The position numbers and the translations under genes are program-made. Shown one piece after another: positions 21,329-29,823 of a DNA stretch of 53,902 nucleotides. Each line of letters starts with the position of its first letter. Within the stretch, counting starts at the first letter, position 1. The notes under the pieces are model-generated. The model was not told the origin of the DNA, made no database searches, and saw only the letters and a list, made by a program, of their open reading frames with translations. Where the stretch lies: the IMG/VR virus record IMGVR_UViG_3300032296_000199, positions 1 to 53,902 of that record; one strand, written 5' to 3'. This DNA comes from a virus. Taxonomy: Duplodnaviria; Caudoviricetes.

Positions 21329-21742
21329 TTAAACTAATGTTTCACTGGTTGATGAAGCTTTGCGTACAACAATATCGTATTCACGCAATGCATTTACTCC
21401 GGGGGGTAGGCCATCGCCCACTCTCTCAGACATAAATTCTTTGAAGTTGCGCTGATGGATGCGACGTTCAAGCAGATCAATCGAGCCTTCCAACTCAATG
21501 AACTTTTTAAAGTTGTCCCAATCAGTGCAAAAGAAACGGTCTTTGACTTGGCGTGTAACTGTGCCACTGTGTGTCTTGAATCCGTTTTGGTTGTTCTCAT
21601 TGCAAATTGCCAAAAGTGCTTCTTTAATTGATTCCATAGCATCTTTCAGTTCTTCATCTTGAGACTCGTAGGTCGCCTTTAATGACTCGCGTAGTCTGCG
21701 AATCTCAAGGTAATCTGATACTAGCTCTTCGGTGTCATTCAC
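21329..21742 (-). CDS. Conserved phage replication-region protein
   Basis: GTG start with SD GGAG; N-terminal coiled coil; DW..F..FI...LLERRI...PPG motif. Confidence 0.65.
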   Translation of the reverse strand: MNDTEELVSDYLEIRRLRESLKATYESQDEELKDAMESIKEALLAICNENNQNGFKTHSGTVTRQVKDRFFCTDWDNFKKFIELEGSIDLLERRIHQRNFKEFMSERVGDGLPPGVNALREYDIVVRKASSTSETLV

Positions 21743-23306
21743 TTTTCTCTCCTTTGATTTCTTCACGATACAGGTCTACCAATTTTTCGTGCATGTCCAC
21801 TTTGCCCTGAAGCATCTTGTACATACGCCTTTCCACCTCAGACCCTTGGAGGTGTATTACTGTCATCTTGTTCTTTTGACCCACGCGATCAATCCGCGCA
21901 ATGCACTGTAGGTAAGTCTCAACGGACATTACAGGCGACCAAAAAACTACGATACTCGCGGCAGTGAGTGTGACACCGTGAGATGCAGATTGTGGCTGAA
22001 TTAACAGCACTTGTGGATCATTTGTTGTTTGGAAACGATTAAATATTGCCGACCGTTCGTTGGCTGAGACATCGCCTGAAATAATCTCTGTGGACACACC
22101 TTCCTTGGTCAGTGAGTCTTGCACTAACTTGATGGTGTGCTTGTAAGGAATGAATACGATGACCTTGTGCAGGGCTTCATCCATCACCTCTTTGAGAACC
22201 TGCAATCGCGGAGATACATCGAACTCGATAATGTTGTGGTCGTCTGTATATACTGCGCCACCTGATAACTGAAGCAGTTTGGTCAATGATGCCGCAGCAT
22301 TTACTGTGCTGATTGTCTCGCCAGCCGCCTGAATCTGCATCTCTTTAACGAGTTCCTTATAGTATGCTGACGCTTGTCCCGTCAAAGGTACTTCGCGTGT
22401 CTGATACATCACATCAGGCAAGTCTAGGCATTGGTCTTTCTCATAGCGGATTGCGGGTTGCAACGCCTTGAATACTGTATCGCGAGCAGTTGGCTTGGGA
22501 TGCCACTTAAACCTAGATGCCTGAACCATCACCATGTCTTTCCAAGCAGTCTTGTACTTGGGAACATTGGATGGGTTGACTAACTTGGCTAAGCCAAATG
22601 CGTCCTCGGGAGATTGAGATGCGGGTGTGCCTGTCATCATCCACAGATAGGTAGAGGGCTTGATGATCTTGGCAAGAGTTTTCCAACGCACAGTGCTTGG
22701 GTTCTTGTAAGCATTCGCCTCGTCAATGATGATCAGGTCAAAGTCCTCGTTCTCGATTGCTTCGCGCTCAGCATTGACACCATCGTAGTTGATGATTACA
22801 AAGTCGTAATCTGCTTGAATGACTCTCCTACGCTTTGAGCCGTGGGCTATCGCGCATGTGCGGTGCATTGCTGTCTTAAAGAGATCGGCTTGCCATGCGC
22901 TTTGCATAATAGAAAGCGGGCAGACGACCAAGACTCTCTTAATTAAACCTTGGTTCATGAGATAGTCAGCCGCCCAGATTGCCGCAGAAGTTTTGCCTGT
23001 ACCTGCCTCGTTGAAGCAGAACGCCCGTCTATGAAGTGTGAGAAACCTAGAAGTATCTCTTTGGTGGTCAAACGGTTGGAACATCCCGGGCCAACCGTAG
23101 TGTTTCTCGATGGGGGATGGAATCTTATGGGATACATCTAGCAAGCGTGTGAGTGTTTGAACCTCTTGGATTCCCCAATAAACAAGCACCTGTACATGGT
23201 TGCCTGTCGTACTTACTATCTCGCTCTTGTCAATGTACTTGGTGATCTGATCAGCCATGTCATGTGAGCAATACAAACGCAATGCAATGTCGTCAACTAT
23301 ATCCAT
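21735..23306 (-). CDS. SNF2-family (SF2) helicase
   Basis: Motifs GTGKT, LVVCP, IIDEA, MTGTP and ARIDRVGQ. Confidence 0.92.
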   Translation of the reverse strand: MDIVDDIALRLYCSHDMADQITKYIDKSEIVSTTGNHVQVLVYWGIQEVQTLTRLLDVSHKIPSPIEKHYGWPGMFQPFDHQRDTSRFLTLHRRAFCFNEAGTGKTSAAIWAADYLMNQGLIKRVLVVCPLSIMQSAWQADLFKTAMHRTCAIAHGSKRRRVIQADYDFVIINYDGVNAEREAIENEDFDLIIIDEANAYKNPSTVRWKTLAKIIKPSTYLWMMTGTPASQSPEDAFGLAKLVNPSNVPKYKTAWKDMVMVQASRFKWHPKPTARDTVFKALQPAIRYEKDQCLDLPDVMYQTREVPLTGQASAYYKELVKEMQIQAAGETISTVNAAASLTKLLQLSGGAVYTDDHNIIEFDVSPRLQVLKEVMDEALHKVIVFIPYKHTIKLVQDSLTKEGVSTEIISGDVSANERSAIFNRFQTTNDPQVLLIQPQSASHGVTLTAASIVVFWSPVMSVETYLQCIARIDRVGQKNKMTVIHLQGSEVERRMYKMLQGKVDMHEKLVDLYREEIKGEKSE

Positions 23307-23324
23307 ACTATCTTTCAACTTGTT

Positions 23325-23503
23325 AGGTGCAGGGATTCCACCTGCCCCACCTCTCTTTAACGTCTGCGTGTCCTAGACGATTAGTCCTGTCGTGGGTGAA
23401 AGTGTTAACTCTAGGAGAGAAAGCCCCACCGACTAATTGACGCGGTTACGAGGCCAGCAATCTGCAAAGCACGCCTCTGTGTCCACTCACGCCTTACGAC
23501 ACA
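23325..23503 (-). ncRNA. Candidate structured RNA / 5' leader of the helicase operon
   Basis: ORF-free ~180 nt directly downstream of a sigma70 promoter, with five hand-found stems and loop-loop complementarity (see findings). Confidence 0.5.
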
Positions 23504-23508
23504 TCTCT

Positions 23509-23536
23509 ATTATGGAGTCTTAATCTTAATTGTCAA
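23509..23536 (-). promoter_or_regulatory. Sigma70-type promoter TTGACA-16-CATAAT
   Basis: Perfect -35 and 5/6 -10 in AT-rich intergenic DNA. Confidence 0.7.
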
Positions 23537-23566
23537 GTTACTTTTTAAAAAATATCGTAGGTGTTT

Positions 23567-23878
23567 TCACTTACGCTTCTCACGTTTACTAACTTCGGAG
23601 ACTAAGTTTCCTTGAGAGTCACGCTTGAATGAACGATTCTTTGCCGCGCTTTGGATGCGCAAACCATTCTTGTTTGAGCCGCCCTTGTCTAAGGCGCGAA
23701 CGTGGGCTACATCCTTGCCTTCTCTGCGATCTGCCTTACCGTTTCCATTAGTATCTTCGCCTGTCTTGTCGATTGAACGACGACCGCGCTGACGCTCCAT
23801 CCTACGCTCATGTTCACCTCTAGCTTTCTGCTGTTGGTATTCTTTGGCATAGGGTCTAGGTTTATTAACGTAGGGCAT
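23567..23878 (-). CDS. HNH-like endonuclease
   Basis: Start MPYVNKPRPY with SD AAGGAAGG; KDVAH...GGSN...N..R..S...NR pattern. Confidence 0.65.
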   Translation of the reverse strand: MPYVNKPRPYAKEYQQQKARGEHERRMERQRGRRSIDKTGEDTNGNGKADRREGKDVAHVRALDKGGSNKNGLRIQSAAKNRSFKRDSQGNLVSEVSKREKRK

Positions 23879-23879
23879 G

Positions 23880-24545
23880 TTACCTTCCTTTGTGGTACTC
23901 GCATGTATTAACTGGACACCATCCACACAGGGGTGTGGGGTTGGCTTGCCATGTATCTGTCTCAAACGAATTATGCAACCGTTCAAGATTCCAAGTAAAG
24001 TCTTCCCAATAACTATCTATCTTAGGGCGCTCATAGTCGGAGGTCACAAAGTGTTCGTGGGCTACAAACAATAGACCTGCCTTAATATGCTCCAACTGAG
24101 GGAAATGGGCAAACGCCATGAGTGCCATCAACTGTAACTGTTTTGGGTCAGGGTACTTGTTGCTTCCGGTCTTGTAGTCCACGATGAAACCTTGATCATC
24201 ATTGACAACTAGCAAGTCAGCGATACCACGAACCCAATAATCCTTTGCGCCAAATGTGCAAGGTACTTTGTCATAAGTAAGCGCCATGCGATGCTCGGGG
24301 TACTTGTCCCCTTCCATATCACGCAATGGGTCTAACTGTTTACTAAAGTGCGCGTAATTCTTGACAAGCGGAGTACCATCCTTAACATAGTCTTCCAGTG
24401 CAGAGTGAACCTCTGTACCGTACCGCATCTCTTTGGTAGGAAACTTTGTAAACCTTTTTAGTACTTTAACTTCTTGGTACTGTTTGGGGCAATTCGCGTA
24501 ATCCTTGAGACCGGAGTACGACCATTTAATTTCAGATGGGTGCAT
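23880..24545 (-). CDS. PD-(D/E)XK Cas4/RecB-like exonuclease
   Basis: WSYS...CP, G..VH..LE, RGIAD, IVDYKTG, QL..., and C-terminal CGWC...C (Fe-S ligands). Confidence 0.88.
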   Translation of the reverse strand: MHPSEIKWSYSGLKDYANCPKQYQEVKVLKRFTKFPTKEMRYGTEVHSALEDYVKDGTPLVKNYAHFSKQLDPLRDMEGDKYPEHRMALTYDKVPCTFGAKDYWVRGIADLLVVNDDQGFIVDYKTGSNKYPDPKQLQLMALMAFAHFPQLEHIKAGLLFVAHEHFVTSDYERPKIDSYWEDFTWNLERLHNSFETDTWQANPTPLCGWCPVNTCEYHKGR

Positions 24546-25557
24546 GATACTGACTTTGACTAGGAGTTTTTGAAGCCCTCATCGTACCATTTCTTTTATC
24601 TTCGTCATAGTGTCCGATAACGTAGTCTTTGACGATCTTGCCATTCTTCTCGTCGCCAACAAGCATGGGCTCGACCCATGAACGTATTCCAGATTTATAT
24701 GTTCTCCAGTGACCTCTTCTCCAGTGCTGCCGTGGAGAGGCGTGTGTCCCTTGAGGTATGCTTGGTAGATCTCTTTTCTGTGCGGTGACTGAGATCAAGC
24801 GGAATTCAATTAAGGGTTTCTTGCCCTTGCGCATCTTCTTTTCGTTGACTTCTATATCTCTTGGGGTAGGTATAGACATATAGACTTCGCCTGTGTGGTA
24901 AGTCATCATATAGATAGCTCTTAGCACGTTGTATATTATGCTTCCAAGTTTTGGAATCCACTTTGTTTGAGTGATATGGGTTTGACTTGCTACTGAAAGT
25001 ACTTGTGTCTCTCCATCTAAATAAATTTCCACGCCAGTCGTGGCTATATGCAGGGGCTTATCAATAGCTTCAGCTAAAAGTGTATGTACTGTTATTGCGT
25101 TTTCTTGTTGCGTAACAACGAAAAAAGCAAGTCTATTTATGATGCTACCGTATTCATCCATGTACGAATAAACACGCTCTTCGGTTTCGTACTGCCCTGT
25201 AATAACAACAATCTTGGGAAACGGTAATTTGATCTTGCCTTCTTCAATAAATACATTTTCAAAATCAGGTGGGGTTTCATAGTCTCGTTCAATTGCTATC
25301 TTGGGATACTTAAGAATAGCATTGACCACTTCTTCTCCCGCGCCTTCCAAACCAACCCACTCCTTTTCCTTCACAAAATCGCATACTTCACCCATTATGA
25401 GTCTGAGGCCCTCTTTTATTCTTGGGTCTTCTAAACCTTTTCTCAGGGATTCGTACTTTGTATTAGCCGCAATACGCCCAAACGAAATAATTTTTAAATT
25501 TTCAGGGTTCTGTGTACTTTTAGTTTTAGTCACAGCAAGTTTATCGAATTTAGTCAT
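24532..25557 (-). CDS. Hypothetical protein with C-terminal HASPRQHWRRGHWR motif
   Basis: Long ORF coupled to the polymerase stop (TGATG); His/Arg-rich motif recurrent in phage accessory proteins. Confidence 0.7.
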   Translation of the reverse strand: MTKFDKLAVTKTKSTQNPENLKIISFGRIAANTKYESLRKGLEDPRIKEGLRLIMGEVCDFVKEKEWVGLEGAGEEVVNAILKYPKIAIERDYETPPDFENVFIEEGKIKLPFPKIVVITGQYETEERVYSYMDEYGSIINRLAFFVVTQQENAITVHTLLAEAIDKPLHIATTGVEIYLDGETQVLSVASQTHITQTKWIPKLGSIIYNVLRAIYMMTYHTGEVYMSIPTPRDIEVNEKKMRKGKKPLIEFRLISVTAQKRDLPSIPQGTHASPRQHWRRGHWRTYKSGIRSWVEPMLVGDEKNGKIVKDYVIGHYDEDKRNGTMRASKTPSQSQYHAPI

Positions 25558-27428
25558 CAGCAATCTCCATAAGTTGCTCCCGCTTTTGCTTCACATGCGA
25601 CAGGTAGCCCACTCGCCCATGTTGGCGGTTTGAACATGAGACCAGTTATGACCTCTAGGGCTATGTCAACCTTGTCTTCTTCTACAACCACGACTGCGGC
25701 ATCATGCACAGTCAATGCCACGCGATACTTATCATTGATCTCAACCATCTGAGTACCCACGATTATTCGCGCCAACGCTTGAACAATGTTCTCTACAACT
25801 CCACCACCCCAAATGGATATCTCGCCTCTGCGTGAGTCATAGACGATCTGCGACTTACCATCCTTCTCTGCTCTTCGTAGATTTGGGTATCGGATGCGCA
25901 AGTTATTAGGCAATATGATGCCTTCCGCGTCGTAGAACACACAACCATGTTGACCGAACGATAGTGGCTTATCAAACTTGTTGTTCATCATGTCCTCAAG
26001 CAGTTGATCAGCTTCATGCCATAGGTCAATGATCTTGTCATTCTTCTCTCGGTACACACCCACGATACGTTTACACTCATCCTCATCAAGCTTAACGCTG
26101 ACTGGCTGCGAGGTAGATAGCGTGTGTTGTAACTTCAACGCTCCAGTGCCGTAGCCCAATCCCAATATGCAAGTCTTACCCACAAACCTTTCAGTTGGAT
26201 CTTTCTTAGATATGGGGCGCTCGTAGATACTGGATGCAAACACAGAGTACACATCTTCACCATCTGCGAATTGTTTAACCACGTCATCTTGTCCCGCAAG
26301 CCACGCAAGCACGCGAGCCTCGATCTGCGATGAGTCAGAGTTAATTACTAGATAGCCCTCGGGCGGGATGATTCCCTTCTTCAAGGCTTTCTTTTTTACA
26401 TCACGGCTTGGCAAGTTCTGAAAGTTAATCTTGTCTGACCCCGACCATCTGCCAGTATGTGCGCCATAGTATTTCAGGGGGACAGGAATCATTCCTCTGT
26501 TGCGCTTGCCTATGTCGATGAAGCGTTGGATACGCTTTTCTTCTAGGGTTGACTTCGTGCCGAGACGTACTGCGCACAGGTGTTGGATAAAAGTATCTTC
26601 ATTCTCAGTTAACGCAATGAAGCCTTCATCCTTCTTGGCTAGTGCGGGTACTTCTTTGCCAGTCGTAGGACTATTCTTGAGTGGCACAGTCACACCGAAT
26701 CCTTCTAGCACCTTGGCAAACTTCTGATTGCTAGAGAGTTGCTTACGCACCTCCTCCTCAGTCGTGCATTCAAGCTTCTCCATCAGCGATGAGAGTAATT
26801 CGCTCTGCTCTTTGCGTAGATCGTCAAGGCGTTGCTGAAGTGTTTCTTCATCCACATAAAGCATGGGGTGAGTGAACATGCGCAAGGTCATGTCTATTAG
26901 TTTGAGTTCCTCCATCGGGAAACCTTTAGACATATTATTGAACAGTTGGTAAGTCAACGTGACATCGTTACGGCAATACTCTCCGTATTGCGCTAAGTCC
27001 TCGGGAGTAAAGTCCGAACGTGTCTTGTCGATAGCGGCAGTGACCTCTGTACCTTTCTCACCTATTCCATATCGGAGTGCGAGCTTGGCCAGAGAACCAC
27101 CGACCTCCACACCATGTATAGCTCTCGCCATACATAGCGTGTCTAAGTAAACCATTGGAGTGATACCAAAGTGCCACTTCAAGATCGCGCCATCAAACAA
27201 CGTGTTGTGGGCAAGCATCATGCTATTCTTCCAGTCGAATTGCTTCAGCCACTTGCGTGTTGCTTCGCGGTCTCCCGAGAACCATACTGGCTCACCAGCG
27301 TCAACCTGTACTGCAACCCCAATAACTTCAAACCGCGAGTCTCTGATGTACTCCTCCGTGGTCTGAGTTCTGAAGCCTAGGTCTTTGCTAGTGTAGTAAG
27401 TCTCAAAGTCAATGGTGATAAGGCTCAT
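25557..27428 (-). CDS. polA: Family A DNA polymerase with 3'-5' exonuclease
   Basis: Exonuclease motifs IDFET and AHNTLFD; HTGRWSG; motif A DSSQIEAR; motif B RFVGKTCILGLGYG; motif C TVHDA. Confidence 0.93.
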   Translation of the reverse strand: MSLITIDFETYYTSKDLGFRTQTTEEYIRDSRFEVIGVAVQVDAGEPVWFSGDREATRKWLKQFDWKNSMMLAHNTLFDGAILKWHFGITPMVYLDTLCMARAIHGVEVGGSLAKLALRYGIGEKGTEVTAAIDKTRSDFTPEDLAQYGEYCRNDVTLTYQLFNNMSKGFPMEELKLIDMTLRMFTHPMLYVDEETLQQRLDDLRKEQSELLSSLMEKLECTTEEEVRKQLSSNQKFAKVLEGFGVTVPLKNSPTTGKEVPALAKKDEGFIALTENEDTFIQHLCAVRLGTKSTLEEKRIQRFIDIGKRNRGMIPVPLKYYGAHTGRWSGSDKINFQNLPSRDVKKKALKKGIIPPEGYLVINSDSSQIEARVLAWLAGQDDVVKQFADGEDVYSVFASSIYERPISKKDPTERFVGKTCILGLGYGTGALKLQHTLSTSQPVSVKLDEDECKRIVGVYREKNDKIIDLWHEADQLLEDMMNNKFDKPLSFGQHGCVFYDAEGIILPNNLRIRYPNLRRAEKDGKSQIVYDSRRGEISIWGGGVVENIVQALARIIVGTQMVEINDKYRVALTVHDAAVVVVEEDKVDIALEVITGLMFKPPTWASGLPVACEAKAGATYGDC

Positions 27429-27431
27429 TGA

Positions 27432-27917
27432 TTACTTAGTTGAGTTGATTTCGCGTGTCAGATACCATTGTGCTTTGCGTAAGTCTTCTAGCTTGTTACC
27501 TTTGTAGTCGGCTCTCGTAAGATACTTAATCACATTGCCAAGGTTGTAGTTCAGCTTCTTCGCTTCAATGAAGTCGATGGTCTCGATGCCACCTGTCGTG
27601 TAGTGCGTGGGATGATTTACAGAGTCAGGGGTAGCTGAAACTGTCATACGCTCGGGGGCTTCCATGCGAATCTTATCGGTAGGTTTAATGCGAACCTCTT
27701 CCAACAATGCCTTAAAACTTTTATCCGTGGTGAAGGTAGTTAAGGGAACCGCCGGGGTAGTTGGTAAGCGCCCAGTTGCCTTAAGCTTGTTCTTGATCAC
27801 GTACAAGTGTTTGATATCAATGCCTGTTGCAGAGGCGACCTCGGCATGTTTAGCGTCAGGGAACTTCTCATAGTAACGACGTGCTTTTTCGGTGAGAGTA
27901 AGTTTGCGTTTTGTCAT
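27432..27917 (-). CDS. DUF3310 (SaV-like / T7 gp1.7-like) protein
   Basis: VNHPTHYTTGGIETIDFI...GNVIKYLTRA.YKG...EDLRKAQWYL. Confidence 0.85.
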   Translation of the reverse strand: MTKRKLTLTEKARRYYEKFPDAKHAEVASATGIDIKHLYVIKNKLKATGRLPTTPAVPLTTFTTDKSFKALLEEVRIKPTDKIRMEAPERMTVSATPDSVNHPTHYTTGGIETIDFIEAKKLNYNLGNVIKYLTRADYKGNKLEDLRKAQWYLTREINSTK

Positions 27918-27949
27918 ATAGACTTTCTTAATTAAGGTTAGGGATTGGT

Positions 27950-27977
27950 ATAGTAAGGCTTAGTTTTTATTTGTCAA
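27950..27977 (-). promoter_or_regulatory. Sigma70-type promoter TTGACA-16-TACTAT
   Basis: Perfect -35; upstream of DUF3310-polA. Confidence 0.65.
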
Positions 27978-28154
27978 GTGGTTTTCTGAAATATTTTTTA
28001 TCCTTTCATAATATTGTTTAGGGAATGGGTCTTTCTTATCTAATAACTTTCTTAACCATTCAGCACCTCCAAGATGATTAAGAACAATCCATTGTCTATC
28101 TGACATTCGTACTTGCCTGCCGATTAGTGGCTCGGGCGGTTTAGGTCTTGGCAT
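27960..28154 (-). CDS. Small hypothetical protein (possible ribbon-helix-helix-like)
   Basis: MPRPKPPE...VRMSD..W...LGGAEWLR; overlaps its neighbours in the operon. Confidence 0.6.
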   Translation of the reverse strand: MPRPKPPEPLIGRQVRMSDRQWIVLNHLGGAEWLRKLLDKKDPFPKQYYERIKNISENHLTNKN

Positions 28155-28332
28155 GTTTCAGGTTCCTTGATGTTGTTCGGTTAGTCCAACACATAGCACA
28201 CACCCACTTGGATGGCGACATGTGTATGCCACCTTCAGGGGGCTTTGCTACTTCACACTTGCCACATAACTTGTAGCCGTGTAATGGTTGCTTACTACCT
28301 ATATCTAGTTGTTGTTTAACAAATCCGTTCAT
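28141..28332 (-). CDS. Small Zn-finger-like protein
   Basis: CGKC...CAMC; ATGA overlap. Confidence 0.6.
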   Translation of the reverse strand: MNGFVKQQLDIGSKQPLHGYKLCGKCEVAKPPEGGIHMSPSKWVCAMCWTNRTTSRNLKHAKT

Positions 28333-29273
28333 GGATTTCCTTTTCTTCTTGCGTGGGGCGCGATTGTTTTACTGCGGTAGTCAATGCCTGAGAAGTTTGC
28401 ATACTCAGCCAATGTCCTCGCCTTGCCTAGACCATAGATGCCAAGGTCAGCGTTGTGCTGTAGGAGTGCGGTCATCCTCGCCTTAGACTTGTTGTCTAGT
28501 TCCCACCATCGTTGGTTTCTTTCCTTGTCGGAGTTGGGAGACCAATGAACCTCTCGGTGTGTTGTAGCTACATCTCCTGTGCTATACAAGTGATAGATAG
28601 GCACATCCGTGGTGTGATAAATATCCCATCCATGTGTCCACGCACGCACCGAGAGAGTCTGCTCCTCGCCCTCAAAGTACAAGTGCGGGTCGTAAGGCAC
28701 TTCGTATACAAACCGCCCATGAGTGAAGATAAAACCTGCCGCCATGTGAAAGCCTTTCAGGGGTACATCACTTGTGCGAGATGAAGCGGTAAAAAGAATG
28801 ATCGTGTTCTCTTCTTTAAACTCAAAGTCATCGTTGACATAGTTATACAGAATCCCATCGGTAGTTCTCTCAGGTACAGGAACATCGTCAACCATCTTGA
28901 ATGGGTGTGGGTAATTGGATATAACAAACTTAGGCGACATCTGTGAGCAACGTGCTGCCGCTATGAGTAGTGTGTCATCCCACCCCTGATCAAATACCAT
29001 GTGAGAGTCGATCTGCATAAACCACGCCTCACCTGAGTAGAGTGACATGGCAAGGGAACGCGCCCAACAAGCACCTCTCGTATCGCGTACATCTATCCCA
29101 ACATACCTTACTTGGGATTTGATATCGTCAAACTTGAGTCGCCTTTCCGCAAAGTTTTGTTCTACTATTCCAAACCTCAACTCACTTGGGCGGCTAGCCT
29201 TTGCAAGCATGTCTCGTATGGTTTGTTCAAGTAGTCTGTCACAGTAGGATGCAACGCTAACAAAAATGGTCAT
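28329..29273 (-). CDS. GT60-family (Pfam GlcNAc; Gnt1/OGNT-like) N-acetylglucosaminyltransferase
   Basis: TIFVSVASYCD, RGACWAR, FMQIDSHMVF..GWD, AAGFIF, EVPYDPHLYFEGEE..LSVRAWTHGWD and IYHLY are the conserved blocks of Dictyostelium Skp1 GlcNAc-transferase-like enzymes. ATG 29273 overlaps the upstream TGA. Confidence 0.85.
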   Translation of the reverse strand: MTIFVSVASYCDRLLEQTIRDMLAKASRPSELRFGIVEQNFAERRLKFDDIKSQVRYVGIDVRDTRGACWARSLAMSLYSGEAWFMQIDSHMVFDQGWDDTLLIAAARCSQMSPKFVISNYPHPFKMVDDVPVPERTTDGILYNYVNDDFEFKEENTIILFTASSRTSDVPLKGFHMAAGFIFTHGRFVYEVPYDPHLYFEGEEQTLSVRAWTHGWDIYHTTDVPIYHLYSTGDVATTHREVHWSPNSDKERNQRWWELDNKSKARMTALLQHNADLGIYGLGKARTLAEYANFSGIDYRSKTIAPHARRKGNP

Positions 29274-29515
29274 GCTTGTCCCCTTGCTCGGATGGCTTTG
29301 GCAATATCTTGCCAATTTGCATATTGAGGGATGCGATGCGGTGTTGGTTCAGTCCCGCAAGCCACAACCACTTCATATTCTCCAATAGGCGTTTCAGCAA
29401 CTTTTGCACACGCCTCACGCTCTGCTGCTTCAACAAGGGCGGCAAAATGCTCGATGTCTCCATGCAAGGTCAGCCCATTGCCTTCAATCAGTTTAATAAT
29501 TTCATCTCTGTTCAT
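29270..29515 (-). CDS. Small protein, EREACAK...AIRARGQA family (copy 1)
   Basis: Shares motifs and 3' DNA sequence with 29820-30050. Confidence 0.75.
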   Translation of the reverse strand: MNRDEIIKLIEGNGLTLHGDIEHFAALVEAAEREACAKVAETPIGEYEVVVACGTEPTPHRIPQYANWQDIAKAIRARGQA

Positions 29516-29823
29516 TTAAAACTTCCGGTAGCTTTGTGTATTGCTGCCTTTGCAGCCAGATACCCAGTTGTGTAGTCTCCGGGCAGGCTTGGCTCTGGCA
29601 CTTGCCGCATCAGCCATTGCAGTGATTCAAGTAACTCAGGTGCAGCAGCAGCTAACTTTGCGTTCGCCTCACGGTTATCAGGCAGTCGCTTGTCATGGTG
29701 CGCTGCGAGTATTGGGGCGTAGCCACCTGTGTAGCCTTTTGCGCTTTCGGGGCGTATTGCCCCGCCTACTGCCCTCCACGGGCCGGGTGTTGGTTTCATA
29801 CTTTCTCCTTCGGCTTTAGTCAT
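29512..29823 (-). CDS. Small phage protein (TPGPW...ANAxLxAAAPELL family)
   Basis: Widespread phage early-gene motif; ATGA overlaps on both sides. Confidence 0.75.
   Translation of the reverse strand: MTKAEGESMKPTPGPWRAVGGAIRPESAKGYTGGYAPILAAHHDKRLPDNREANAKLAAAAPELLESLQWLMRQVPEPSLPGDYTTGYLAAKAAIHKATGSFK

Noticed and set aside
23355-23380. Pistol-ribozyme-like CGUCU...AGACG-UUAAA segment
   Set aside because: The downstream pseudoknot partner and the conserved catalytic-core residues were not found; the resemblance is limited to P1.
23325-23400. tRNA gene suggested by a T-arm-like hairpin
   Set aside because: No acceptor stem, D-arm or anticodon arm could be built; kept only as part of a candidate structured RNA.
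23880-24545. Cas4-like nuclease as evidence of a CRISPR-Cas system
   Set aside because: No cas1/cas2 or array; standalone PD-(D/E)XK nucleases are routine in phage replication modules.
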